Below are positions 30,854 through 41,010 of a stretch of DNA of 64,000 nt, piece by piece (the first letter of the stretch is position 1; each line of letters begins with the position of its first letter). Source of the DNA: Lachnospiraceae bacterium. Its GTDB lineage: Bacteria > Bacillota > Clostridia > Lachnospirales > Lachnospiraceae. The notes under the pieces were generated by a model. It made no database searches and had not been told where the DNA came from. It was given only the letters and a program-made list of their open reading frames with translations. A program made the position numbers and the translations under genes. The stretch covers positions 21,445 through 85,444 of the forward strand of contig VSNM01000005.1 in the NCBI GenBank assembly GCA_009774245.1, written 5' to 3'.

Positions 30854-33790
30854 ATGAACACGTTTACGATATTTGATAACAACAGTTTGACACAGCTCTA
30901 TGTTGAGGAGGAGGCATATGAGGGCGTAAAGCGGATCGGTGCGCGTGTGGCGTGCGACCTCGGTCTGGTGACAGGCACCGAGCCTGGGACCGTATCGGCG
31001 CCGTGTCAGTGCAGAAGTTACAGGGTTGTCATATTTGCGACGCTCGGAAGGAGCCCGTTTCTGGATGCGCTCGAGGCATCCGGCAGATGGAGCAGCGCAC
31101 AGATCCGGGGAAAAAGGGAGGTCTACCAGATGCAGGTGGTGCGTGAGCCCTTTTCAGCGCTGCCTTCTGGTAAGGCGGTAGCGGAAAGCGGCATGACAGC
31201 CGTGAAGGAGGCGCTGGTGATCGCGGGGAGCGACAAGCGGGGCACGATCTATGGCATGTTCCGCCTGTCGGAGCTGTGCGGTGTGTCGCCGCTCATCTAC
31301 TGGGGGGACGTCGTCCCGCAGAAGAAAGACACGGTGATCCTGCCGATCGGGGACGGGATTGTCTCAAAGGAGCCGTCCGTGAGATACCGTGGGTTTTTCA
31401 TCAACGATGAGTGGCCTGCCTTCGGGAACTGGTGTATGGAGACTTTTGGTGGTGTCAATGCCAGAGCGTATGAGGAGGTATTCATCCTGTTGCTGCGTCT
31501 CAAGGGCAACTATCTCTGGCCTGCCATGTGGGATTCCGTCTTTTCGGAGGAGGGGCCTGGGCTTGCAAGCGCGGAGCTTGCGGACATCTACGGTGTCGTC
31601 ATGGGAACGTCGCATCATGAGCCGCTGTGCCGCGCCGGCGCGGAGTGGCAGCGGGTCTATCAGCAGTACGGCACGGACAACACATGGAGCTTTGTGACAA
31701 ACAGGAGGGCCATCACAGAATTTTGGAAGGACGGCATTCTGCGCAACAAACCGTTTGAGAACGTGATCACGATCGGGATGCGCGGCGAGAATGATTCCAT
31801 GCTGCTGCCTGAGGACGCGGGGCTTGCGGACAATGTGCAGGTCATCAAGGATGCCATCATGACACAGCATGCGCTTCTGCGGGAATATATGGACAGGGAT
31901 TTGAAGGACATTCCGCGCATGCTCGCTGTCTACAAGGAAGTGGAGGACTATTATTACGGGGATGAAACGTGTGAGGGACTAAGGGGCTGGGAGGAACTTG
32001 ACGATGTGATCCTGCTGCTGTGCGAGGACAATTTCGGCAACACCAGGGGACTGCCCAATGAGACAGATCGAAAGCACCCCGGCGGATACGGCATGTACTA
32101 TCACTTTGATTACCACGGCGCGCCGGTCAGTTATGAGTGGCAGAACACGGCGCGGCTGACCAGGACATGGGAGCAGATGACACAGGCGTACGAGTACGGC
32201 GTGCGTGAGCTCTGGATTGTCAATGTGGGTGACCTGAAGGGCGCAGAGTACCCACTGTGTTATTTTATGGATCTGGCATATGATTATGAGACGTACAGTC
32301 AGAAAAATAGAACCGAGGAGTATGTAAAGACATGGATTGAACAACAGTTTGGAGACCGCCTTGGCAGGGAGGACAAAAAAGATCTGCTGGCGCTGTTGGA
32401 CGGTTATACCAAGTGGAATGCGGCAAGGCGCCCCGAGGCGATGGCGCCGGATATTTACCATCCCAGTCATTTCCGGGAGGGGGAGCGCGTCTGGAATGAA
32501 GTGCACGGCTTGATGGAGACTGCAGAACGGCTGAAGGAGCATATGCCAAAGGAGTGTATGGATGCGTATGGCAGTATGATCTATTACCCGGCGATGGCAT
32601 CTCTCAATCTGATCCTGATGCACATAGAGGCGGGCTGCAATGCATTTTATGCCGGACAGGGCAGCATGGCGGCGAACGCTTATATCGCGAGCGTAAAATG
32701 GCGCGTGTCGAAGGATCGGCAGTATGTGCAGGAATATCATGCGCTGGCGGGCGGCAAGTGGAATCATATGATGGATTCTGCGCATACAGGATTCCGCAGC
32801 TGGGATGCCCACAACTGGACGTATCCGACGGTGCAGGAGGTGATACCGCTTCCGATGGCGAAGATTATTGTCGGATTCCGCGGCGGGGAGTCGTATCATC
32901 TGGGCGAGCACTGGCAGGACAGCAGTTATCCGCGCAATGACGATTTCACCAGGCCGGACACAAAGGACGTGGTGATCGAACTCGCAAGCCGCGGAGATGT
33001 GGACTTTTCCTATCGCGTGCAGTGCGAAAAGCCATGGGTATGCTTTGGCAGGACCGAGGGAACGGTCGATGTCCTGGCAAAGGGAAAGGACAGCATTGTA
33101 GTCACCTGCGACAGGGCGAAGCTAAAGGGCAGGGAGTACGCGCTGGTCGAGATCTTTGTCACTTTTGCCAACGGGGAAAAGACGGTGGGCAGACTGGAGC
33201 TCCTGGCGGAGGCAGCAGATGTGCAGGGCGCTTACGCCGCGGGAACTTATATCGAAAAGCAGGGATATATCGCCATGAACGCGGACGGCTTCACAGAGAA
33301 GAAAGACGTGGGGGATGAGGGCTTTGCGGTGATTGCACACCTTGGCAGGATGGGATCTGCGGTCAAGGCCTTTCCTGTCACAAAGTCGTGGATCGGCGTG
33401 GAGGACGCGCCTTATCTGCGGTACACGTTTGCGGCGGAAAACGCGGCGGACTACATCGTGCGGTTTTACCTGCTGCCCAGGAATCCGGTTGAAAAAGGAA
33501 GGCACATGTGCCTTGACTTCTCGGTGAACGGGGAGTGCAGGAAGATACTGGACACAGTGCCGGCGTCTTTCCGCGCGGACTGGACGTGCGGGGAGTGGAG
33601 CCGCGGCGTGCTCGACAATATCCGCGTCACAGAGTCCGTCGTGTCGGTGAAAAAGGGCGAGAACCATCTGTACGTCTATGCGGCAGACCCGGGAATCGTT
33701 CTGGAGCGCATCGTATTGTATCCTGACAACACCAGGCTCCCGGAGTCCTATCTGGGACCTGCCGAGAGCTGGCGGATTGCAGGGTACTAA
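30854..33790 (+). CDS. GH115 alpha-glucuronidase
   Basis: AGSDKRGTIYG, PSVRYRGFFINDE, NYLWPAMW, GTSHHEP, YYHFDY, WIVNVGDLK, ESYLGP. Confidence 0.92.
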   Translation: MNTFTIFDNNSLTQLYVEEEAYEGVKRIGARVACDLGLVTGTEPGTVSAPCQCRSYRVVIFATLGRSPFLDALEASGRWSSAQIRGKREVYQMQVVREPFSALPSGKAVAESGMTAVKEALVIAGSDKRGTIYGMFRLSELCGVSPLIYWGDVVPQKKDTVILPIGDGIVSKEPSVRYRGFFINDEWPAFGNWCMETFGGVNARAYEEVFILLLRLKGNYLWPAMWDSVFSEEGPGLASAELADIYGVVMGTSHHEPLCRAGAEWQRVYQQYGTDNTWSFVTNRRAITEFWKDGILRNKPFENVITIGMRGENDSMLLPEDAGLADNVQVIKDAIMTQHALLREYMDRDLKDIPRMLAVYKEVEDYYYGDETCEGLRGWEELDDVILLLCEDNFGNTRGLPNETDRKHPGGYGMYYHFDYHGAPVSYEWQNTARLTRTWEQMTQAYEYGVRELWIVNVGDLKGAEYPLCYFMDLAYDYETYSQKNRTEEYVKTWIEQQFGDRLGREDKKDLLALLDGYTKWNAARRPEAMAPDIYHPSHFREGERVWNEVHGLMETAERLKEHMPKECMDAYGSMIYYPAMASLNLILMHIEAGCNAFYAGQGSMAANAYIASVKWRVSKDRQYVQEYHALAGGKWNHMMDSAHTGFRSWDAHNWTYPTVQEVIPLPMAKIIVGFRGGESYHLGEHWQDSSYPRNDDFTRPDTKDVVIELASRGDVDFSYRVQCEKPWVCFGRTEGTVDVLAKGKDSIVVTCDRAKLKGREYALVEIFVTFANGEKTVGRLELLAEAADVQGAYAAGTYIEKQGYIAMNADGFTEKKDVGDEGFAVIAHLGRMGSAVKAFPVTKSWIGVEDAPYLRYTFAAENAADYIVRFYLLPRNPVEKGRHMCLDFSVNGECRKILDTVPASFRADWTCGEWSRGVLDNIRVTESVVSVKKGENHLYVYAADPGIVLERIVLYPDNTRLPESYLGPAESWRIAGY

Positions 33791-33833
33791 GGAATATTTG
33801 CATAAAAGATTATATAAAAAGGAGATATAAAAA

Positions 33834-35552
33834 ATGGCAGGACCAAAGGCACCGAAGGATCCCGCGAAAAAGCGGCAGGGATTTTACATTATGAGAAACA
33901 AGCAGGTTTCCGGCTCGGCGCAGCCGGACGGAACCGGGGTGCAGTTCATATATCTGAGTGACGGGCGTATGATCTCGAGCGCAAAGATCGTGGGAAACAT
34001 CACGGACAGCGGGATGCTCGAGCTGCTCTCGACGGCGGAGGGCTTCCGCCGGCTGGTGCACAGCATCGGCGTCAGCGTGGAGATGGACAGCGCGGACAGG
34101 AAGGCGGAATTCGTGTTCCAGATGTACGGGAAATCCGATCTGTACGGATCGGGCACAACGCTGCGCATGGAGGTAGCGGCAGACGGCATGGAGTACATAC
34201 TGGATCTGTCAGACTGCGACTGGTCGGACGACGATGACATTCCGGGGCAGATTCGGTTCGTGTTTGATGAACCGCAGCGGGACGGCGCGGACGCACAGGC
34301 GCTGGCAACGGTGAAGCTTTATCTGAACGACGGTTTTTCGGCACCGGAGCCCGAGGAGGAGGAAAGTGTTGATCTTGCGTGCGGCGACTATCAGGAAATG
34401 CTGCGAAAATCCGTGGTACAGACCGGAAATAACGCGCGTTTAAAGGCTGCGATCGAGCGCGCCAGGCGGGGGGAGGAGGTCACGGTCGCGTTTATCGGCG
34501 GTTCGATCACGCAGGGCGCGGGCGCGGTGCCCATCAATACAAAATGTTATGCATGGAAGACCTTTGAGGGGCTCTGCCGCCTTGCGGGAAAGGGTGTGGA
34601 CGAGAATATTCACTACGTCAAGGCCGGCGTGGGCGGAACGCCTTCAGAGCTCGGCATGATCCGTTATGGGCGCGATGTGTGCAGGGACGGCGCGGTGACC
34701 CCGGACATCGTGGTCGTGGAGTTCGCGGTGAACGACGAGGGGGACGAGACGAAGGGCGTCTGCTATGAATCGCTGGTCAGGAAGATTCTCGCCGCAGAGA
34801 ACAAGCCTGCTGTCATACTGCTGTTTGCCGTGTTTGCCAACGACTGGAACCTGCAGGAGCGGCTTGGCGTCGTGGGGGAGCGGTATCATCTGCCGATGGT
34901 CAGCACGCGCGACTGCGTGGTGGAGCAGTTTTACAAAAAGGCGGGCGAGGGCAAAGTCGTGACAAAGAACCAGTTCTTTTACGACTGCTTCCACCCGACG
35001 AACATCGGGCACCAGATCATGGCGGACGGCCTGCTTGCGCTGATGCAGGAGGTGGACAAGAGCCCGATGGACGAGGATACACTGGATCTGCAGTCGGTTC
35101 CGGCGGTGATCGGCGACGCGTTTGAGCAGGTGTGGCTGTATGACAGAAACAGTGAGACGGACACGGTGAAGATTGTATCGACAGGTGATTTTACGGAGAC
35201 AGACGAGGAGCTGCAGGGCGTGGAGATGGACAGGGATCTGACGCAGACCAGGGAGTTTCCTTATAACTGGAAGCATGTAAAGGGTGCGCAGCCGTTTGTC
35301 ATGGAAGTGTGCTGTACCGGCCTTGTGATGGTGAACAAAGATTCCGCCGCGCCGGACGCAGGCTGTGCGGAAGTGTTTGTGGACGGGGAGAGGGTGCTTT
35401 CTGCAGACCCGAAGGTCAACGGCTGGACGCACTGCAATCCGCTGATCTGCTTCCAGGGCAGGGAGCGCCGGACATGGCGCGTCGAGGTCAGGATGCAGCC
35501 GGGCGATGAGGACAGGGAATTTACGATACTTGGCTTTGGCGTAGTGAGCTGA
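33834..35552 (+). CDS. SGNH/GDSL hydrolase, probable carbohydrate (acetyl) esterase
   Basis: Blocks GGSIT, GVGGT, EFAVND, DCFHP. Confidence 0.85.
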   Translation: MAGPKAPKDPAKKRQGFYIMRNKQVSGSAQPDGTGVQFIYLSDGRMISSAKIVGNITDSGMLELLSTAEGFRRLVHSIGVSVEMDSADRKAEFVFQMYGKSDLYGSGTTLRMEVAADGMEYILDLSDCDWSDDDDIPGQIRFVFDEPQRDGADAQALATVKLYLNDGFSAPEPEEEESVDLACGDYQEMLRKSVVQTGNNARLKAAIERARRGEEVTVAFIGGSITQGAGAVPINTKCYAWKTFEGLCRLAGKGVDENIHYVKAGVGGTPSELGMIRYGRDVCRDGAVTPDIVVVEFAVNDEGDETKGVCYESLVRKILAAENKPAVILLFAVFANDWNLQERLGVVGERYHLPMVSTRDCVVEQFYKKAGEGKVVTKNQFFYDCFHPTNIGHQIMADGLLALMQEVDKSPMDEDTLDLQSVPAVIGDAFEQVWLYDRNSETDTVKIVSTGDFTETDEELQGVEMDRDLTQTREFPYNWKHVKGAQPFVMEVCCTGLVMVNKDSAAPDAGCAEVFVDGERVLSADPKVNGWTHCNPLICFQGRERRTWRVEVRMQPGDEDREFTILGFGVVS

Positions 35553-35595
35553 CCCGGGAGCCGCCAGGGCGTATGTTATAGAGGGGACACAGAAG

Positions 35596-37431
35596 ATGGG
35601 AAAGGGAAAAAAGAAAGAGAAGGAAACGGACAAAAATCCGCTGCATGTAAACTATGGTCTGATCAGCAATGTCAGGTATATATTGAAAATTATGGTACGG
35701 ACGGACAGGCATATCCTGCTGGTCATCGCTCTGGGGGTTGTCTGTATGCCGTTTACGCGGTACCTGTGGGGATTCCTGTCCAAGATCGTTGTTGACAGGA
35801 TCACGGGAGAGGGCGCACGGGAGAGCCTTGCGGCTGTGATCGTTGTCTTCTGCGCGGTGCGGCTGGTGACGGCATTGATGCAGACCTATTATGACAGCAG
35901 CTGGTGGCGGTATATTGATGTCAGAATGAAAATGACGCAGGAGAAGAACCTCAGGATCATGCGCATCGACTTTGAACATCTCGAGGACAGCGATGTGATG
36001 GACTGTTGCCAGAAAGCGGGGCAGGCAGTGTCAAACAACAATTCCGGCCCGGAGGGGATGATGCATGAGATTGCGAATCTCCTCTGCAATCTGAGCGTGG
36101 CGGTGGCGGGACTGTTTATCCTGGGCGTTGCCAATCCGCTGCTCATCACGCTTGCGGTGGATTTCTGGCTGTTCAACCGTATCGCAAAGGCGGATAAGGA
36201 GCAGGTGTGGGACGCGCTTTCCACATGGTGGCGCAAAAACCATTATATGGAGAACATCACGACGGATTTCGCGGCGGCAAAGGATATCCGCATATTTGGG
36301 CTGACAGGGTGGCTGATGCGGAAATATCGGGATCTGATGGCGGAACGTTTTGCAAAAGAGCAGATTCACCAGCGTCTCTGGCAGCGGCAGAAACTGATGA
36401 CGTGCATCACCCAGGTTTTGAGCCAGGGCCTGATCTATGCATGGCTGATCTATGCCGTGGTGGCCGGCAGGATGACGCTCGGCGGCTTCACCCTGTATAT
36501 TTCCTCCTACAATACCTTTGCCGATGCGGTCTGGATGGTGATGCGCGGGATCGCGGAGCTGATTGCAAGGAGCAGGGAGGTGGACGATTTCCGCAGCTTC
36601 ATGGACTTCGACGGAGGGGATGAGGACGAGGGCGGCATACCGGTTCCGGCGTCAGACGGCTATGAATTTACCTTCCGCGATGTGTCCTTTCGCTATCCCA
36701 AGGCAGAACAGTGTGCCCTGGAGCACCTGGACCTGACGCTGAGGGCGGGGGAGCGGCTTGCCGTGGTCGGGCTCAACGGCGCGGGAAAATCAACTTTTAT
36801 CAAACTGCTGCTGCGTCTCTATGAGCCGACGGAGGGCGAGATATTGCTAAATGGCGTCAATGTGAAGGCGTACAACAAGCACAGCTATTACAAGCTGTTT
36901 GCCCCGGCGTTCCAGGCAGTGGAGCTGTTTGCGCTTCCGCTGGCCGAGAATGTGTCCATGCAGCCGCCGGGGGAGACGGATTGTGCAAAGGCCGAGGCGC
37001 GGCTGCGGGACGCAGGGCTTTCGGAGAAGCTTGCAGAGCTGCCTGACGGTGTACACACACAGATGCTGAAGGTCATCTACGACGATGGCGTTGACTTGTC
37101 AGGCGGCGAGCGGCAGAAGCTGGCGCTTGCCAGGGCGCTGTACAAGGATGCGCCGGTCGTGGTGCTCGACGAGCCGACGGCCGCGCTTGACGCGCTGGCC
37201 GAGAGCCGTCTGTACGAGGATTTTGATAAGCTGATCGGCGAAAAATCAGCGGTCTATATCAGCCACCGCCTGAGCTCGACGCGATTCTGTGACAGGGTGG
37301 CGATGTTTGTGGACGGGAAGCTTGCGGAGCTTGGGACACACGAGTCCCTGCTGGAGCAAAACGGGAAGTACGCGGAAATGTTTCATATTCAGGCGCAGTA
37401 CTATTTGGAGGAGGTGCAGGGGAATGCGTGA
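35596..37431 (+). CDS. ABC transporter, fused permease/ATPase (exporter type)
   Basis: TM domain; GLNGAGKST, LSGGERQK, VLDEPT, ISHRL. Confidence 0.92.
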   Translation: MGKGKKKEKETDKNPLHVNYGLISNVRYILKIMVRTDRHILLVIALGVVCMPFTRYLWGFLSKIVVDRITGEGARESLAAVIVVFCAVRLVTALMQTYYDSSWWRYIDVRMKMTQEKNLRIMRIDFEHLEDSDVMDCCQKAGQAVSNNNSGPEGMMHEIANLLCNLSVAVAGLFILGVANPLLITLAVDFWLFNRIAKADKEQVWDALSTWWRKNHYMENITTDFAAAKDIRIFGLTGWLMRKYRDLMAERFAKEQIHQRLWQRQKLMTCITQVLSQGLIYAWLIYAVVAGRMTLGGFTLYISSYNTFADAVWMVMRGIAELIARSREVDDFRSFMDFDGGDEDEGGIPVPASDGYEFTFRDVSFRYPKAEQCALEHLDLTLRAGERLAVVGLNGAGKSTFIKLLLRLYEPTEGEILLNGVNVKAYNKHSYYKLFAPAFQAVELFALPLAENVSMQPPGETDCAKAEARLRDAGLSEKLAELPDGVHTQMLKVIYDDGVDLSGGERQKLALARALYKDAPVVVLDEPTAALDALAESRLYEDFDKLIGEKSAVYISHRLSSTRFCDRVAMFVDGKLAELGTHESLLEQNGKYAEMFHIQAQYYLEEVQGNA

Positions 37432-39226
37432 GGTGAAAAAGACACTTGCTTTTATGCTGCGCGTCGCATGGCGCGAGAAGCCTGCACTTTTTGTCAGTTA
37501 TCTGATCCTGTTTGCGGGGGATACCGTCGCCGCCATGAAAAATGTGCTGATTCCAAAGCTGCTGCTCGACGAGCTGCTGTTGGTGACGGAGGGGGCGCCG
37601 CTGTCGGAACATCTGCGTCTGATCGTCCTGTATGCCGTGCTGCACGTCGCCATCGATGCGCTGGTGCGTGCGGCAAACAGTGTGGCGGAGCGCGCAAAGG
37701 GGGAGATCAGCCAGTGGTTTCAGGAGTACTGTGACATGATGATCGGTGAGCACGCGATGAAAATGGATTATGAGCACACCGAGAATCCTGATGCGCTCGA
37801 CCAGCTCAACAAGGCGCGCGAGGGTATGTCGTGGTACAGCGGGGGCGTGGTGGGTGTTCTCGACTGCGCGTACCGGATTGTGCTGAACGTGGCAGTGCTC
37901 AGCGGCGTGACGACGCTGATCTTTACCAGGTGTCCGCTGCTCCTGCCGATACAGGCGGCGGCCCTCGTGGTGATATCGTGGCTGACAGCGCGATGCAATG
38001 AGATTGAAACCAGGAGTTTTATCGGGCTGTCCAAGCGGAACCGTATCTTTGACTATATTTTTTTCCAGCTGGCGTCATTTCAGTACGGCAAGGATATCCG
38101 CCTGTATGACAGCAGCCGCATGATGGGGGATATGGCAAAGACACAGTTGGATGAGATGACAGACATCTGGAAGGGGGAGGCGAATGGGCAGCTGCGGTAC
38201 AGATGGGGCATCGACATAGCCAACGTGGTGCGTGACGGCGTCAGTTACTTTTACATCGGGATGCTTGCCGTCCGCAGGGTGATTTCCGTGGGTGATTTTA
38301 CGATGTGTGTGCTGTCGGCGACGCAGCTCTACAACAGTCTGCAGAACATCATAAACAGCGTGATGGACATGAAAAAGCGCTGCAGCTATGCCTGTCAGTT
38401 TGTGCTGTTCCTGGAGTATCCGGCGGCGATGCGCACCGGGGAGCGAAGTCTGGCGGACACGGGCGGCGGGGGGCATGTGATCACGTTCCGCGACGTGAGC
38501 TTCCGCTATCCGCGTTCGGAGAAGTATGTGCTGCGCCACTTAAACCTCACGATCAGGCAGGGGGAGCACCTTTCGATCGTGGGCTTAAACGGCGCGGGAA
38601 AGACGACCTTCATCAAGCTGCTGTGCCGTCTCTATGAAGTGACGGAGGGCGAGATCTGCATTGACGGCGTCAATATCATGGAGTACGCGGACGAGGAGTA
38701 CCGCAAGCTCTTTGCGGTGGTGTTTCAGGATTTCCGGCTCTTTGCGTTCAGCCTGCGGGAGAATGTGGCGCCGGGGCTGGAGGACGTGGACGAGGAGCGG
38801 CTCCGGGAGGTGCTCACACAGACCGGGCTGTACGAGGACGCGCAGAAGCTTCCCGACGGGCTTGACACCGTGATCTATAAGAGTTTTGAGGAAAAAGGCG
38901 TGGAGCTTTCGGGAGGGCAGCAGCAGAAGACGGCGATCAGCCGGGCGCTCTACCGGGATGCGCCGATCGTGATCCTGGACGAGCCGACGGCGGCGCTTGA
39001 CCCGGTTGCGGAGTATGAGATCTACAGGCAGTTCCATACATTAGTGGGCGGCAAGACAGCTATTTACATATCGCACAGGCTGTCAAGCTGCCGGTTCTGC
39101 GACCATATCGCGGTCTTTGCCGAGGACACCGTCAAGGAATACGGCACGCACGACGAGCTTGTGGCGCATGAGGGCGGGATTTATGCGGAAATGTTCCGGG
39201 CGCAGGCGCAGTATTATGTGGATTAG
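37424..39226 (+). CDS. ABC transporter, fused permease/ATPase (exporter type)
   Basis: Overlaps the previous stop (ATGCGTGA); GLNGAGKTT, LSGGQQQK, ILDEPT, ISHRL. Confidence 0.92.
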   Translation: MREVKKTLAFMLRVAWREKPALFVSYLILFAGDTVAAMKNVLIPKLLLDELLLVTEGAPLSEHLRLIVLYAVLHVAIDALVRAANSVAERAKGEISQWFQEYCDMMIGEHAMKMDYEHTENPDALDQLNKAREGMSWYSGGVVGVLDCAYRIVLNVAVLSGVTTLIFTRCPLLLPIQAAALVVISWLTARCNEIETRSFIGLSKRNRIFDYIFFQLASFQYGKDIRLYDSSRMMGDMAKTQLDEMTDIWKGEANGQLRYRWGIDIANVVRDGVSYFYIGMLAVRRVISVGDFTMCVLSATQLYNSLQNIINSVMDMKKRCSYACQFVLFLEYPAAMRTGERSLADTGGGGHVITFRDVSFRYPRSEKYVLRHLNLTIRQGEHLSIVGLNGAGKTTFIKLLCRLYEVTEGEICIDGVNIMEYADEEYRKLFAVVFQDFRLFAFSLRENVAPGLEDVDEERLREVLTQTGLYEDAQKLPDGLDTVIYKSFEEKGVELSGGQQQKTAISRALYRDAPIVILDEPTAALDPVAEYEIYRQFHTLVGGKTAIYISHRLSSCRFCDHIAVFAEDTVKEYGTHDELVAHEGGIYAEMFRAQAQYYVD

Positions 39227-39313
39227 CGAGGAATCGAGGAAACTGAAATTGTAAATAGTGCAAAGGAATGTAATTTTGAGAATGAACTTTTATTAAGGAG
39301 AGAAGATACGAAA

Positions 39314-40951
39314 ATGAGTTTGGAAAATAAATTATTGAGACAGGAATCAGAAGTTAACCCAATTACAGGGCTGGACTATCCGGACCCCGACGTGATACGG
39401 GTTGGCGACATTTACTACATGGTTTCAACGACCATGCATTTTATGCCGGGCGGGGAGATATTGCGGTCGTATGACCTGGTGAACTGGGAGCACGCCGCCT
39501 TTGTGTATGACCGCCTGGACAGCACGCCCGCGCAGCGGCTGGAAGACGAAGAAAACATATACGGCAAGGGCATGTGGGCGGCGTCCCTGCGCTTTCACAA
39601 GGGTGTATTTTACGTCTGCTTTGTCGCAAACGACACGGGAAAAACTTACCTGTACACGTCAGAGTCCATCGCGGGGCCGTGGGAAAAGCATCAGATCGAG
39701 GGATTTTATCATGATTGTTCGCTGCTGTTTGACGGCGATGAGGTGTATATCGCGTATGGGGGCAGGGATATCTATATCACACAGTTAAACGCCGGGCTGA
39801 CAGCGCCCCTTGAGGGCGGGCTGCACCGTCTGGCGGTCAGCGATGCAGGGCACCCCGGGCTTGGGTATGAGGGCACGCATTTTTATAAAATCAATGGAAA
39901 GTATTACCTGTTCTTTATCCACTCGCTGCGGGACAGATGGATGCGCACGGAGGCATGTTTTGTGGCGGATTCCATCGACGGTGAATTTACTGGCGGCGAT
40001 GTCCTGGTCGATGACAGGGGCTACTGCGGACAGGGCGTGGCGCAGGGGGGAATCGTGGACACGCCTGACGGAGAGTGGTACGCAGTGCTGTTTCAGGATC
40101 ACGGGGCAGTCGGGAGAATACCAGTTCTTGTTCCCGTGACATGGGAGGCCGGGTATCCTGTATTTGGAGGGGGGAAGCGGATTCCCCGGCAGTTTGAAGT
40201 GCCATCGCCGTGCGGAAAGACGGATTACAGGTATGAACCGCTGGTACAGAGCGACGATTTCAGAAAAGTGCCGGGACTTTCGGAAAAGGAGGAACGCGAG
40301 CGGTACGGCTGCTTTGGCCTGAAAAGCGTGTGGCAGTTTAACCACGAACCAGACCTGCAGCTCATCAGGCAGGACACACAGCATGGTGTCCTATGGATAA
40401 AAACCGGAAAGATATGCCGGAGTCTGTTACAGGCGCGCAATATACTGACACAGCGTATGCTGTTCCCTCGGTGCGCAGGGGAAGTGACCGTGGACGCTTC
40501 CGCGCTGAAAGTGGGCGATTACGCGGGAATCTGCGCGCTGCAGGGGTGTTATGGTATGGCTGCGGTGACGCGCAGGGACGACGGTTTTTATATCGTGATG
40601 CAGGGCAGGACAGCCGCGGATGATTCCCTGCAGGCCGGCCCGGACGAGACTGTGGAGGGAACGGAATGGGAGGCGGTGCGGATCGGGCAGGGCACGGTGC
40701 GCCTTCGCATTGAGGCGGATTTTGCGCAGATGAGGGACGAGGCGCGTTTTTATTACCGTGACGCGCAATGCCATGGGAGCAGCGGGCAGGGCGGTGCATG
40801 GAAGCGGATCGGCACCGCGCAGAAGCTGTATTTTAAGATGGACCATTTTGCGGGCTGCCGGTTCGGACTGTTTGTCTATGCCACCAGGGATATTGGCGGC
40901 AGGGCTGGATTTTCCGGGTTCCGGTATGACATGGACATGGGTACGGAATGA
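39314..40951 (+). CDS. GH43 beta-xylosidase/arabinofuranosidase with C-terminal beta-sandwich
   Basis: DYPDPDVIRV, GMWAASLR, YHDCSLLFD, YEGTH, AQGG, WQFNHEP, HFAGCRFGLF. Confidence 0.9.
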   Translation: MSLENKLLRQESEVNPITGLDYPDPDVIRVGDIYYMVSTTMHFMPGGEILRSYDLVNWEHAAFVYDRLDSTPAQRLEDEENIYGKGMWAASLRFHKGVFYVCFVANDTGKTYLYTSESIAGPWEKHQIEGFYHDCSLLFDGDEVYIAYGGRDIYITQLNAGLTAPLEGGLHRLAVSDAGHPGLGYEGTHFYKINGKYYLFFIHSLRDRWMRTEACFVADSIDGEFTGGDVLVDDRGYCGQGVAQGGIVDTPDGEWYAVLFQDHGAVGRIPVLVPVTWEAGYPVFGGGKRIPRQFEVPSPCGKTDYRYEPLVQSDDFRKVPGLSEKEERERYGCFGLKSVWQFNHEPDLQLIRQDTQHGVLWIKTGKICRSLLQARNILTQRMLFPRCAGEVTVDASALKVGDYAGICALQGCYGMAAVTRRDDGFYIVMQGRTAADDSLQAGPDETVEGTEWEAVRIGQGTVRLRIEADFAQMRDEARFYYRDAQCHGSSGQGGAWKRIGTAQKLYFKMDHFAGCRFGLFVYATRDIGGRAGFSGFRYDMDMGTE

Positions 40952-41010
40952 CATCACGGGATCGTGGCTGTCGGACAGAAGGATCTTCCGGCAGCCACGC
41001 TGCGCCTCTC

